Shown here: positions 40,238 through 54,400 of the stretch, piece after piece
Position numbering within the stretch: the first letter of the stretch is position 1
Layout: each line of letters opens with the position of its first letter
Assembly (NCBI RefSeq): GCF_002105155.1
Contig: NW_019028997.1
Coordinates: forward strand, 248,001-312,000
Source of the DNA: Lobosporangium transversale
Taxonomy: Eukaryota
Reading direction: 5' to 3'
Length of the DNA stretch: 64,000 nucleotides
Made by a program: the position numbers and the translations under genes
The notes under the pieces: model-generated
Seen by the model: only the letters and a program-made list of their open reading frames with translations
Told to the model about the DNA's origin: nothing
The model's database searches: none

Positions 40238-41120
40238 ATTCGTAAAGTCTTTTTGATCTTTAATATACAGTAAAAATAATAAACCGTTTTTTTTTTTCTT
40301 TTGTATGGGCATTGTTACTGTTGAGATGATGATGGATTGAGGTTTTTAGAAAGGGTCTTTGTAGTAGGCTCTTTGGGGATAAATTGCATTTACGTGACAT
40401 GGCAACTTTTTCAAAAGTTTAGAAGATGGAGCGGCGCATTGCTTCGCCCAGTTTGTCACAGACACAAACAAATTGGAGGCGGCTTTTCTTTTTTTTTTTT
40501 TTTTTTCTTTTCGATCCAGTATGGTCATCTCTCTGCAATAGTAGCAATGATAGATGCTGTTAATGGTACTCATTCTATCCACATAATGATCAACATCAAT
40601 GAAAAAAGGATGCCAAACTTTACATTCTTATTTACTTTTTTTTTACATTCCAATCCCCCTCATGGCTTTATTTATTATTCCCGCTGGACATGCAAACTAT
40701 TTTCGTTAGTCCTTTTTTGTATACAAAGTAACCATGTTTACTTGATCCAACCAAGACTCACCATCCACGCAAGGATACACAAGAGAGAAAAAAAATATAA
40801 AAGAATTGCACACACACAGACAGAGAAGTGTAGATAGACTCTTGTGGCAAGCAAGTCTGGTAAGACAAGATGGAGTGCTTGCTTGTCTAAGTTGATTTAG
40901 GGCTGGGTAGTGGAAAGAAAGGAAAGGGCTGAAAAGAGACTTTAGACATTTGGGCTCTCTTTTTTTTTTTTCTTTTTGCACACCTTTCCACCTTCCAGCC
41001 TCCACCAAAAACCGATACATTTTTCTGTTGCTAAGCAACATCGGCTCTTGAAATTACATCTGTCATCGCCACAGGTCATCAAGACTCCTCACATTCATTC
41101 ATTTCATTTCATTCTTTTCC

Positions 41121-41159
<39 letters not shown>

Positions 41160-41307
41160 CTTCTTCACATTACACTTTCCCTCCATTAAAAACGCTATTG
41201 TTCTAGGAACTTGGAGCGCCTTTTTTGTTATTATTATATGTATTTATTTGTCACAACTGAACAACCAAACAGGACAAAACGGACAAAGGAAACAAAAAGG
41301 AGCATAA

Positions 41308-41842
41308 ATGACGGTGTCGACACTCCTTCCAGTGAACAGATTTTCAGAGACAAAGTTCTCGGAATCATTCTGGTCCAACTCTCGAGGCGACTATGTCACT
41401 GGGCTGAATGTACTTCATGCCAAGATTGACCAGGGTGCTGTTGAAGACCAGGAAATCCTGAGCTATCTTCGAGAACGTATTGAGGTTGAGCAGCGTTATG
41501 GAAACTCACTTATTGAGATGGGGAACCGAAGACTGAAGGTAAACAGCAACAACAATTATAGTATCAAAACAATATGAGTTTGGTCGGATGGCATTGCATA
41601 ATGGCATAACATAGCATAGCATGGGATAGTATAGCATAACTACAGGATCAAATGAGATAGGATGGAGATATGGATAGGGATGGATGGACAGGGCATTGAG
41701 TATTGCAATAAGTACTGTTTGGAGCAATCATTTGCGTTCGGATGGTTCACATTGATCCCAAATATCACTCACAACGGAACAATTCACAATCAGAGAAAAG
41801 TGGCTACAAAACAAAGAATCATGCACTATTGCTTCAATTCAA

Positions 41843-41877
<35 letters not shown>

Positions 41878-43133
41878 AAGGGGGGGTACAGACAAGATCA
41901 AGGTCAAATTGGACATGTGCAAAAAAAAAAAAAAAAAAAACCAAAAATCCAAAGGATCATGTTTCCTTTAGGATCAGTCTGACCTCGCTATCCTCCTTTA
42001 TACCAGCCCTGCCTCTAGTGTATTTTTATTTTTTTTTTATTCTCCCTTACAATGTATGAGGGTCTCCGCGTTTTTTTTTTCTTTTATTTCACATGATCAG
42101 ACAGAGATTAATAGTGGACTCTATTGAATCACCTTCTCTTGAATAGCTCGACGGATTCTTGCGTGACGATGGCGCATCGCTGCGCAAAACGTTTGAGACT
42201 ATCAAGGCAGAGAGTGTCGAACTTGGAAATGGTCACTTGACCTTGGCAGCCAATCTGCGTGAGCTTGTTCTTCAACCCCTTGTCAAGTTTAGCACACATG
42301 CCCGCCAAACGACACAACATAGCCGTGAGGATATTGAATCCCGTCTAAAGTTGTTTGATAAACACCTCATGGAGCTGGATCGGACACACGCATCCTATGT
42401 ATCCAAATGCAATGCTGCCGACCAAGCCGATCTGGAAGCCAACAAGATTGCACAGGAGGAAGCTCGAGCAGCCGGAGTTGGGGTCACGGATATGGACCGT
42501 CGCCATGAGTTTGCATCACAGCGCTTCACGATTCAGGAACTGAACAAATTCTTGAACCGGATGAGGGCTGAAGTGCCCTCACAAGATGTCAAGGTCCCCA
42601 TCATTGGTGTGTACAATAACTGTTGTGCTGGATCCAATATTGCGCATTGGATTCAACAAAATACAAAGGCAAGAACAGTGGAAGAGGCTGAACATATCGG
42701 ACAGTCATTGTCAGACGAAGGATTCTTGAGATTGATCGGACAGCGTGGCAATAAGTTTGTAGCCACACCTGCACACTTTTATCAATGGCGTGACCAGATG
42801 TTTGAGCTGCTGGATGAAGATGATAAGGAAGAAGAACTTTCTTTGGTCAAAAAGACTAAGCTGGAGGCTGAGAAGGCTGATGCTGCTTATTTGGCTGCTG
42901 TCAAGAAGGCAGACAATACTCGTTTACAACTCGAAGTTGGTCTTGTATGTTTTTTTTTTTTTTTTTTTTTTTTTTTAATCGACAGGTGAAAATGAATCGT
43001 GGACTTGACAGAATCATACGCTTTTTTTCTGCTTTTTCTTAGTTCTCTCATATGGATCTGCTTCAACGTTTTGAATACGATCGTATTAACACCTTTAAGA
43101 ATGGTAAATATGAATTGAGTCTTGCTATCTTTT

Positions 43134-43166
<33 letters not shown>

Positions 43167-45641
43167 CTTGAGCATGAGAGCCAAACCGGAATGTTTATTT
43201 ATAAATATCCGTATTAATACGTCACCACCATTATTTCAATATGTAGCTTTTTTGAACTTTGCGGCGATATTCTCCAACATCATCAGTATCACTCAGTCAG
43301 TTGCGGATCATTTGCTAATCTTCCAGGAAGCTTTGCGCCCTGCAAATGATGTTCAATATGTGATTGAGCAATACCGCACAGGTGCTTTTGTCCCCATGCC
43401 AACGCTTTATAATAACTTTTATCATGGATCAGGTCTAGGTAAAAAAAAAAAAAAAAAAAAAAAAAAGTCTAAAGGTATCCATTGCGTTATACAAGATTAT
43501 ATGACTAATGGTCTTTTTTTTTTTTTTTTTTTTTTTTCCTTTCTTTCATTTTAGATCAAGTTTTTGGTGTTAATATTGATAAGCATTGTAATTTCACTCG
43601 CAAGAAGGTTCCTCAATTAGTGATGAAGTGTTTGACTAGGATCAAGAAGAGCTCTGCTGCTCTTAGTAACGAACGTATGTCATTTAAATATCTTCTTATA
43701 TATATATATATATATTGGTCATGTAGGCTTATTAGCATGATGTTCTAATACCGTAGCAAGTGAAAAAGACTAATGTATCTATTTTTTTATGCTTGTAGAA
43801 AAATTGGCGTGCTGGACAGCTGAGGTGCCTTTGGCCGACATTCATGTTCTTCGAAACAAGATTAATCATGGTCAGTCTTTTATTATTGCTATTGCTATTC
43901 AAACCGTAAATCTGGATACTGTCTTCAAAAAGCCAAAAGTAAAAGCATTTCATGACTCAACCGCCACTTTCTTTTTTTTTTTTTTTTTTTTTTTTTTTTG
44001 TATTAGGCGGCAAGATCACTCAGAAATTGCTTCGCTTGTTTGATGTGGCAACAGTGGTTGGTGTCTTACGCCTCTATTTCTTGGAGCTCCCTGGATCCGT
44101 GGTGAATGGCGAAGAATATGATACTGTGAAGATTATTTATTCAAGCGGTAAGGGTGGGAATCTATTGTTCAGCTCTTGGAACAAGGAAAAAAAAAGAAAA
44201 AGAAAAGAGGACCTTTGTCGAAAGTAATTTAAAAGACTAAAGCGTGTTATTATTATTGTTATAGTATCGGATGACACGAGTGATAGTAAAAACGATGCAC
44301 GGATCTCGTCGCTTCGCAATTTGCTTGCTCTCCTTTCCTCTGCCCGATTCTATACCCTTTATGAAGTCGTCAAGCATATCAGCAGGTACTTTTTTTTTTT
44401 TTTTTTTTTTTTTCCTTCCTTTTCGTATTGTCGTGGCTTAATGTTGCTAAAGACTCGATTTTCCATAACTAATACAAATGTTTATTTTGTATAGTTTGAT
44501 TAAAGAAACTTCCGCAGATGAATCATTCACTTCATTTGTTGCTCACCGCTGGGGACCTGTCTTCTTGCGACCTCTGGAAGAAACGGCTGTGACACTTCAT
44601 GATAAGCATCCTCAGAGGATGATGCGCGATATGCTCAAAATGACTCATCAGATCTTTGAACCGATCAGGATGAGTCGTGAGGAAGGAAATCTGTCTCGTT
44701 CTGTCACCACTCGAGCTCCTGCCACGGCCTTGAACCGTCGCAAGGCCGGTATGAGAGCGAGTAGGGATCTTAAGGGAGCTTCCGCATTGGTCAATGGAAA
44801 CGGTCATGTGGACTTGGCTTCAACAGTGCCTTCAATTGCTGTGGATGGTGAAGCTATTACAGGCCAGGCTGCTGCGACTACTGCGACTGCTGCTACTGTT
44901 CAGGATGGTGGATCAGGTGTTGGTACTGGTTCGACAGCTGCACCTTCAGGGGCTAAACTTCAAAGACGACTAGGTCCTTCAGGAGCCGGACGCTTTAGCT
45001 TGACGAGGGGTGTGAGTGCTCCTGAGATGTTTAGTGAAGTTCCATCATTTAAGAAGAAGCCTGCTGTGGATGGCACAAGCGGAGTAGAGGGTGATGCTAG
45101 CACTGCTAATGGGATACCTGGGTTGTTGAATACAACAGGTCTCCAACATGCTGCAGGAGGTGATAAGAACAGTCGATCACCTCTAAGGCAAAGCGTCAGC
45201 GCGCCAAACACAAACGAGAGTATTGTAGAGGTGGAAGAAGAGGAAGACAAGGAGGATGGTGTCTCCAAGAGTATCCCTGCTAATGCTACCGATGATGTGC
45301 CGTATAATAATATCGAAGCCACAACAGAAACTACAACCGTGACTGCACCTGTAACTGGAGGTGAAGGAGAAGGAGAGCAGAGTACTCTCACTGTACTGGA
45401 ATCAATCAAGGATGATAATATTGAGGTGTCTCCTACGGATACGGAGGCAACCAAGGTTGAAGATGCACCAGACTGGAAAGCGGTATCTGGCGCAGAATTC
45501 GAGTCCACAGGACGTAAATTAGAACGTCGTCGTAAGAACCGTCAGAGTACACTTTCTAATGCTGATCAGAGAAGCTCCTTAGTTGTTGGAGAATTATCGG
45601 CAGAGAGTGTATTGCAGGCATTGCAGGAGGAGGACAAGTAA
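41308..45641 (+). CDS. F-BAR(FCH)-DEP-RhoGAP protein, Rgd2/Rga8-like; multi-exon, with a disordered C-terminus
   Basis: FCH region FSESFWS...YVTGLNVLHAK...LRERIEVEQRYG. DEP region AGSNIAHWIQQN...AEHIGQSLSDEGFLRLIGQRGNKF...FYQW. Also DVQYVIEQYRTGAFVP and RhoGAP-fold QVFGVNI...VPQLVMKCL, VVGVLRLYFLELPGSVV, WGPVFLRP. Confidence 0.85.
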
Positions 45642-45645
45642 AAAG

Positions 45646-45677
<32 letters not shown>

Positions 45678-46606
45678 ATCGGAAGGAGAGTTGGACTAGG
45701 CTAGGATTTAGTTAAGATATGGGTGGAGTTGCAATAGCATCAATTGTACATGAAAACTTTTTGTTTGATACCAGAGTAAAATGAATCCATCTTACGAGAT
45801 ATGAATGTAAAAATGATTCACTCTGTCCTGACGTCGGTCATGGGTGGCCAAAAGGCGATTTGCGGCAATACTTTTTCTTTTCTTTTCCTTTCTTTTTTTT
45901 TTTTTTTTGTTCAAAATGAGAGCAAATGGTTCATCAGTTCGTCTGCTTTACACGTCTACTAGAAAACATCCTTTACTTTGTTGGGTAGGAGAATGTCGAT
46001 AATTGACTCATTGAAGTGTTGCCCGAACACGTTAGGAACTAAAATAAAAAAAGTTGGTCGCGTGAGCGAAGTGTGTAACTAACATTTGCAGAACATGTAT
46101 TGTATTTAATATATATATAATATTATATATAATCACTATAAATATACACACAGAAATGAATCTTATTCTTTGTATTTGTCCATACCCTGGCACAACATTG
46201 CCAATACGGATACAGACAAAGCATATTAAAGTCGATTAATAAATGAAAGAAGGGCATAATCATCAGAGTTCAATTTAATAGTTCCAGGCCTTTTCTCTCT
46301 CTCTCTCTCTCCCCATCTCCCCATCTCTCTATCAGCTCAAGCAATAGTCATCTTGAGAGTGTGTGAGCGAGGGATTTTTTTTCAATCTCGGCCAAAGAAT
46401 ATATTCATTTAGAGTTGAGCGCCCAAAGTTTCTTTGGACCTTGCACAGACTTTGGGAGAATCATATTCCCTTTCAACACTCCTCTTATTCACAAATAATA
46501 GACATGTATGCATGCTCATTTTTTTTTCCTCCTCCATTGTAAAGAATAGGCCCTTGATATTTACATTTGCCGATTCGAGAGATTTGGTTCTCTTGGCTCA
46601 GCAACC

Positions 46607-46641
<35 letters not shown>

Positions 46642-47477
46642 AAAACATATTGAGGTTCTTTTCAATTGTTCCAGCGCCTAGCGAGCCCTATCGCCTCTGT
46701 AGCCTAGTCTAGCCTTTGATAGTGTCTATTGTGACTAAAATAGTATCCACTTTTTTTTTTTTTTTTTTTTTTTACCGCTATGATGCATACAACCAACATT
46801 TATGGATGCTCATTGTTTAGCCCTTCTTTCTCCTCTATCTTGTCCTCCTCTTCCTATTACCTCTTTTTTCTGAAGTAAGGACCTCATAGGAGGCCAATAT
46901 TCCAGACCTGTTCAAACATTCCAAACGAAGGTATTGCCATTAGAGGCGGCTCTCTCAAAGATGGTAAAGCCTCTACCATCCTCCTCTCCCTGTTCTTGTC
47001 GTTGTCTTCCTTCTCATGATTTTAGATTCAATGAGAGTAAAAGAGAGCAGAGAGAAAAGGAGATTGAGAGAAGGGTCAGAAAATATTTGTATCTGAAAAT
47101 TTATTAAATCGTGGGTCAGAAGAGAACGGACAGACAACATTAATGCGGGGTGATCGTTAATCGAGATCCAACGGAGTGCGGACACTTAAATCTTTATCAC
47201 AATTGAAACATCGACCAACTCTCTTTTTAAATTAATTACTATTATATAAATTATATATATTTATAATATTTGTATTATATATAATTTTAAGTAGAGTAGA
47301 ATAAATAAAAAAGTAAATGCTAAATAATAAAAATACAAGTGAAGACTGCTCTAGTCAAGGTCAATAGATTGGTATCATATGGGAAGCATAAGGGACAACA
47401 TTGATTTCCTATGCATTGGCTCCGTCGAATTCCCAGAGCCTTTTTTTTTTTTTTTCTTTTTTTTCTTCTTCTTGTCG

Positions 47478-48349
47478 TTAAACACCAGTAACCGACTGTG
47501 AGGATGGCGATATTGGCAAAGAAGAGGAGGGTTGAGGTCCCTGTGATGCTGCTGTTGCGGCTGCGGCTGCGTGTGCTGCGTGTGCCGCCACGAGGGCTGC
47601 GGCGGCTTTCTTTGCCTCCTTGAGCTGCGTTGCTGCGACACTAGGCTTTTGGCCAACGACGAGCCAGACCTTGTAGTAAGATTGATTTTCTTCACATTCT
47701 TTATCTGCAATAGCCAAAGTGGCATCACAGGCCTCTTGGTTCATCTTGCCTACTTCACCCTTGAGCCAGATGGTCGCCAGTCCATGCATGTTCTCGCGAC
47801 TGAGGGCACCAACCTTTCCCCCCCAGTCTCCAACAGGCAATGCGATGTTAAATGAGTTGACATTGGTATATCCTCCTTGCTTCAGACCCGCTTTCATGTT
47901 CTGAACTTCATGCGGATCGACACCGTGACGGAGAGAAGTCTCGAGCGAGAGTTGATTGATCTTTTCCATCTCTGGTCCGGCATTATAGACAATACCATCT
48001 GATTCCACAAGCTGCAGATGTCCTTCTGGTTTCAATACACGCAATAACTATTACAAAAAGGGATTTACACAAACAAACAAAAAGAAAACGTTTTAGTACT
48101 ACCGAACTATTACATGTGGAGCATGATTTTTCATGTGCTGACGCGCGTCTCGATAGTACAAAATAAATATGTAATAATGTAACATTTGTGTCTGTGTGTG
48201 AATAGGGAAATGATATTCTTTCCTCTGCATGACATGCAGATGGGCGTTAAAATGGTTGTTGAGCAAAAAATGAATATGCAAGACCCTGGGGAGGGTTCTT
48301 TGTCTCTATGATGGAAAAAGGTTTCCGACCATACGAGGCGAAATGTACA

Positions 48350-48380
<31 letters not shown>

Positions 48381-49254
48381 GTTTTTTTACCTCGGCATTA
48401 ACTTGTTTACGTTGAGCAGGCGTCAAGGCATAGACGAGTAGGCGTTGATAAATGAAATCAAAGTAATTGTCGGGGAATGGAAGACCATCCAAAATATTAC
48501 AGAGCTGGAAATGACAGTTGCTGGGCTTGATTTCCGTTGGAAAGATAGGCGAGATATCTACACCATGTATCTCGGCCTTCGGGAATTCATGAGCCATTTC
48601 TAATGCCCAGACTCCGGTGCCTGTTGCCACGTCCAAGATCTTCACAGGAGCATCGGGATCGATCTTGACATTATAGTTTCCTTTGAGAATGAAACGAACA
48701 AGGTAATGTTGAGCATCTAGGCGATCTGACTCTGTCAAATCGTTTGGAAGCATATAGGGTGCGGTGTCAACAGTATGTCGAGTACGGCCATCATCACATT
48801 TTCGGCTATGATATGCCCACTCTGGCAAGGCTCCACCAATAGTTGAACTGGTACTTGAGTTCGTGGTAGAGTTGTCCCCATGATGGCCAATAACATTGGA
48901 TGAGAACTGTTTCTTCAACTGAGAAGAGATTTTTGACTTTTGGTTACTGATGCTATTGGAACCGCCGGACTGAAGCGAATTATCAGAGTGGCCATCTGAG
49001 GTGTCGATAGTATAATGATGGTTAGGAACGACTTGATTGCTTTTTTTGACGGAATGACTAGTGTTGCCACTGGTGTTGCTGTTGCTGGAAGCACTGTCTG
49101 TGAATGAAAGGGAGGATTTGGAGCGTTTGCGGAACTGAAAGGAGGGCTTTGATCGTTGGAAAAGAGACTTCTTTGTGTCTGATCCAAAAGGTATATCAAG
49201 AGAACCCGGATTGGGCTTTTTGGAGGAGGACAAAGTTGAGTTGGAGTTCCCCAT
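47478..49254 (-). CDS. Class I SAM-dependent methyltransferase (LaeA-like family) with MGNSNS N-terminus; 2 exons
   Basis: YMLPNDLTESDRLDAQHY, ILDVATGTGVWALEMA, GVDISPIFP, GLPFPDNYFDFIYQR, RVLKPEGHLQLVE, ALPVGDWGG. Confidence 0.9.
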
Positions 49255-51401
49255 GGTGAAGGAAAAATATGGAGAGGGTTGGAGGAGGGAGAAGAGGGAA
49301 AAGCAAAGAGAAAGGGAGATAAATGCGAATTGGATGAAAATCGAACTAAAATAGATCAAGCGTTGGTAACACGCGAATGAGTGAACGGAGTGATGATGAG
49401 GACTATTGCTTGTAGATCGTTATAGGACTATTGAAGGAAGAAGAAGAATAAAGCGCAATGGGCAAGCAAAGGACAAAGAAGAGGGGAAGAAAGAAGAAGG
49501 AAAAGGAAAAGAAAGAGAAATAGAAATAGAGAGAGAATATGGACAATGCAAATAAATTAGAGTTGAAACCTCTGAAGTAAAATAATGTAAGAATATCCAT
49601 TCAGGGAAATGAGTATGAAAATTTATACAAACTTGAAATGTCCACAAAATTATAATTATAAATATAAATGTTAAAAGAGAAACATTGAAGAGATCCCTCT
49701 TTTTCACCTGCCCATTGCGGAGTGCTCCTTTTTTTCGATCTTTGCCTCTGTTTCTGTCTTGCTCTCTTTGCTGATTCTCCGTCACTCACGATCGAAACCG
49801 TTCCCTTGGTTTATTAAGCCAAAAGACCGTTAAGGAAAAAACCTTTTTTTTTGTTTTTGTTTTTTGTTAAGGCAAAAAGCACCAATCTCCTCGTTCTCCA
49901 CACACAGAAACAAAGGAGAAAAACACGCGTAGTAGATTGTTTATTTACTTCCTTGTATTGCTTATGTTTGGTTTCTTGGTAACAACATGCATAATATTAT
50001 AATACGAAACTGTCTGTCGTTCCTGCTCCTTTTTATTAAGATTCTCTTTTGTTTGTTTGTCTTTTCTGAAAGGACCATTCACATTCAATATTCTCTATTT
50101 GTTTGGAAAAGTGATAATTATATAAATATATACACATATATATATACATGTTTATAATAAAATACTTTGGAGGATGCTCTATTCCATGCGCCGACATATT
50201 CGTACATGCATTGACTAATCTACTGGATATATGGACTCACCTATAGACATCCATCTCTTTTTCTCCATGAGTACGGAACTTTAGACATGAAGATGCTAGA
50301 ACCCCCTCAAGAATTGGAGAAGATAACGTGACATTTGAGCAGATGCAGGGCATAAACAAGTACAGTACAAATATACATATAAACATACATTGATATTCAG
50401 TAGACATGAATACATCTTTGCCCTTGCTCACCGGATACCTTGCTCTTGTATCTTTTTCTTATTTAGAGTCCCACAATCTGACCAACAAATGGAAAAAAAA
50501 AAAAAGAAAGAAAAAGTACTACCAGGGAGATACTCCCGCAATCATCTTTTTTCCATTATTGAAGATCATTACCTACGCCCTTTACAATAGCTTGATCATA
50601 GAATAGGGGTTCCCATCTCTCTTTCCTTTTTTTTATCTTTTTTTGCGTAATTCAATCTCATCATCTCCGTCCTATCTGCTTTCCTCCCTTCACTCCAAAT
50701 GTAAATCCGAAGCCTTAGTAAAAAAAAAAAAAAGGCGCATTGGCAAAAAAAATATGTAAGATGATGTAGAATGCATGGTGTAGTAGATAGTCCCGAAGCA
50801 ATGGACGTTGTGATAAGATATCACTTCACCTTGCTTTACTAGACTAAGACAACTTTGGACTAGACTAAGAGTAGTCTCATTTTCATTTGAGCTTAAACAA
50901 GAATGGGAAAAAAAAAAAGGGAGCGATGATAATGATGATGTTGTGGATGAACCATGCACAAGTAGCCTACGAGTTCTTTCACAGGTATATACTCTCCCGC
51001 CTAAAAAGTAAATGTCCTAGTTTCATAATATGCACTCTGTTGAACAATTTCACTATACGGCGTAAAATTAAAGAATCTTGGTCACCTTGGAGTGAGGGCC
51101 AAAAAACCAATTCCTTCCATCTCCGATTCAAGTATTTAATTGTTGACGTTTTAACTGCTTTCCAGTTGGAGTGACTGACATAAGCAGACTTTTAATACAA
51201 AGGTTGTCTGTGCGACAAACAAGGCTCACTTTAATGAATGTTTTCTTTCCATTTTCTGCTATGCTAGTGCCATATTAGTGCTCAAAAAATCATTAAAGAC
51301 TTTGGTGGTTGACACACACTACACACACTTGCATTTGGTATTGTGGACAGATCGGATCCTTAATCTAGAGTCCTTCCCTTTTTACATTATATCACATCGC
51401 G

Positions 51402-51437
<36 letters not shown>

Positions 51438-54400
51438 GAGCAACTGGACTGAGGTCTTGATGTGGATGGTGTTGATTAGCCTATCTCGATGGCTTAAAAT
51501 AACATTCGTCCCCTAAACGAGCTTACGGATGCTGATCTTGGTACATGTCTGTTCTGTACAGTGCATTCTTTTTTATAACACTGGTCATTGGCTGTTCTCA
51601 TCGAACTGCAACAACAATTTCATGTTGACGCCCCAAAGGCCATAGAAACCCTTTCTTTGTACCATTGCGTACCATCAGTTCCAGTCTCTCCATCTCTTCT
51701 GGGGTCTGCACTTGAGATATTTTGGCGATGGCAGGCGGCAGTTTTCAAGAACTTACTGACCTTACCAATGACTACGGATTGAATTATAGCACCACATCAA
51801 GAAAAAAAGAAAAAAAACAAAAAAAAAAAAAAAAAAAAAAGTTAAAGGAAAAGGCAATAAGAGAAGAACGTCAGGTCTCTTTCTACGGACCTCACGAAGC
51901 GAGGGACTTTCATCTAATCAGATATCCTAGTGAAAACACTGGAAGATAGAGAGAGTGAAAGAAACATTAGGGAATGTACGAAAAAAAAATCATTCAAAAA
52001 GAAAGACTGGCCCGTGCACTCCATTGCAATCAAAATATGGACAATTATAATACATTTTGATTGATCAAGCTTGTGCTGGATAATAAAGTGTCTTCAAGTC
52101 CTCAGACTCGTTCTCTTGAATTACAACGACATTTAATATTTGCATATAAGGATATGTAGTTTGACGAGATCTCCTTTTTACTACCCATCAAACATGCTCC
52201 GTAGCATGTCCTTTCTTTCTTCTCTTTCTCCTTCCCTTTCAATTCTCTGTTTCTGTCATCATTACCCTCTAATTGCTGTTTTTTCTTCGGAAGAGAATCT
52301 TTGTTGGTGACAGGAGTGGTTTTGACCCGTCTCTTATTTCAGAGCACATTTCCTCCTCATTAAGTAGACACACCAGACTCCCTTGAAAACGTAACATCAA
52401 AGCTTCGTCTTCATCAACACGGTCGAATGGAAGAGAGAGAGAAAGAGATTTATCTTTATATTAACGTTTATGATCCAAAAGCACAAGTATATTGTCGCAA
52501 TGCCTCTGTTATTCTCGTCGGAAAGGGGCGATAGATTTGAAGCTGCCAACACTGGAGATGTTCTCGTACCGAGAAGCGGTCCTCAAGGCGCTACATCCTG
52601 AATCATCTACCAGATTATCCTGTCCTGGGAAGAATGTCATGTCATCACAGACACCAACGACCCTTAAAATATTCTGCCATTCTGCATGACATGTCACGGT
52701 CAGGTATCAAAATCATCTTTCTTCTGTCTTAAGGCGTTGTCATTAGTTCTTAAGACCCTCTTTATTTTCCAAAGATTGACTCCCGATCATCATTCCTTGT
52801 GATTATGATTTCAATCTCTTTGTCTCATGGTGTTTTTTTTTTTTTTTTTTTTTTTTTTTCTTCTTCTTCTTCTTCTGATAAGAATACGTTTCCTGCTGAT
52901 GATTCGAAGCTTTCATGGACTTGAAATTGTCTACGCAAACATTGAATTGACATTATAAAGTCAGTCGGCTCCATGCAATCCTCATCTAAAACATTGAATC
53001 AACTTCTTAGTGCCTGTTGGCTCGTCCAAGCAGGCTTGAGCTCAAACCAGAATCTATTACTCCTGCATTCAGGTATTTCATTATAACTCATTCTTGTACA
53101 TCGTCTCCACTCTACCTTCTGTCTTCTCCTGAATCCCTGCAGACTCGCGCTCTCCTGCTTTATCGCCTTGAAATCAATTGTTTCCTGCTCCATCTCCATC
53201 GCTAGAAAGGCTATGCTCCAAGGACACTAAGGGTTGGCACATCGACACATGTTGACGAGATGGTAATCTAAAAACCTTAGAGAGAAATGGACGAAAAAAG
53301 AGAGGGAAACACTTTAAAAACTCCTGTGCGTACACTTCCAGTGAGCATTCATGTGCAGACTTAACAGACATACTCAAGCTTCCGAATTGAGAGAATGACG
53401 CGTGGAACAGCAAGCCCATCCTCAGCCCAAAGAGATGGTGATAGAAAAAAAAAATCACTTACTAATTGCCTGTAATTAACACCTTTCGGCCTCCTTCCTC
53501 AATTACAAGATAGTTAAAAGCACCATCGCGACAGTTGTGTCTACAATTATAATCTGGCTGCATAAAAAAAAAAAGCATTGACAAGACAATAAGTTGGTTC
53601 ATAAAACATAAACCTGATTATCAGTAAGGTTGCATACTGTTCAGCCCAGATAATGATGACTTTGTAAGCCATGTTCGCTGCATTATAAGGAGCTGAAGAT
53701 CTAAGCATCTGAAAAAGTGTAGAGCGACATTTGTGTTGCGTGTGGGAAGATAAAAGAAAAAAGAAAATCAAACCTGATATTGCCTTGATACAGTGATATT
53801 TCAGGCAACTGATTTACCAACTGACTTCACCATTGAAGGACAAGCGTTGTCTCAAGTAGTAATGACAAACACTTTCTAGAGGTGGCAACAAAAAGAAGAC
53901 AGTGGTTTTGTTCCTAATTCAGTCTCTCCCTATTGCCACGAGATCTTTAGATCAAAGTCCATCTTCACAAATTCTATTGGCTTTTATTTAGTGGCGGCGT
54001 CATGCCTCCACGATGACCTCTCAACGCTTCTAATCGACTTTGACCCTCATTTGTCTCTTCTCTAGCCCAGACTTTCACAACAAGTTAAACTCCTGTCGCA
54101 AACCACTGTTTGCTTCACTTTCAACAGATAATCTTGCCTTCCTGCAGCCTTATGTAACCTACCTCAAGGATTCCTAGACCCCAGCTTAACTCAGAACAAA
54201 CCCATCCAGAACAAAGGCTGCTGCCATCCTGAAGTCTCACTGACTCCTGCGAGCGAGCCCCTTTGTCTTTTGTACCAACCTATTGCAACAGACCTCTTCG
54301 AATTTGGTCTCGAAGCAATCCTGCGTTGCGTCTGCATCACCTTGAGAGATTAAGACGGATTCAGATATAATGAAATAAAAACAGTTTTCTCTGCTCTGAC

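Noticed and set aside
44960..45508. 182-aa antisense ORF, and similar shadow ORFs over GCV1, SET3 and the TE genes
   Set aside because: These are opposite-strand shadows of real coding exons.
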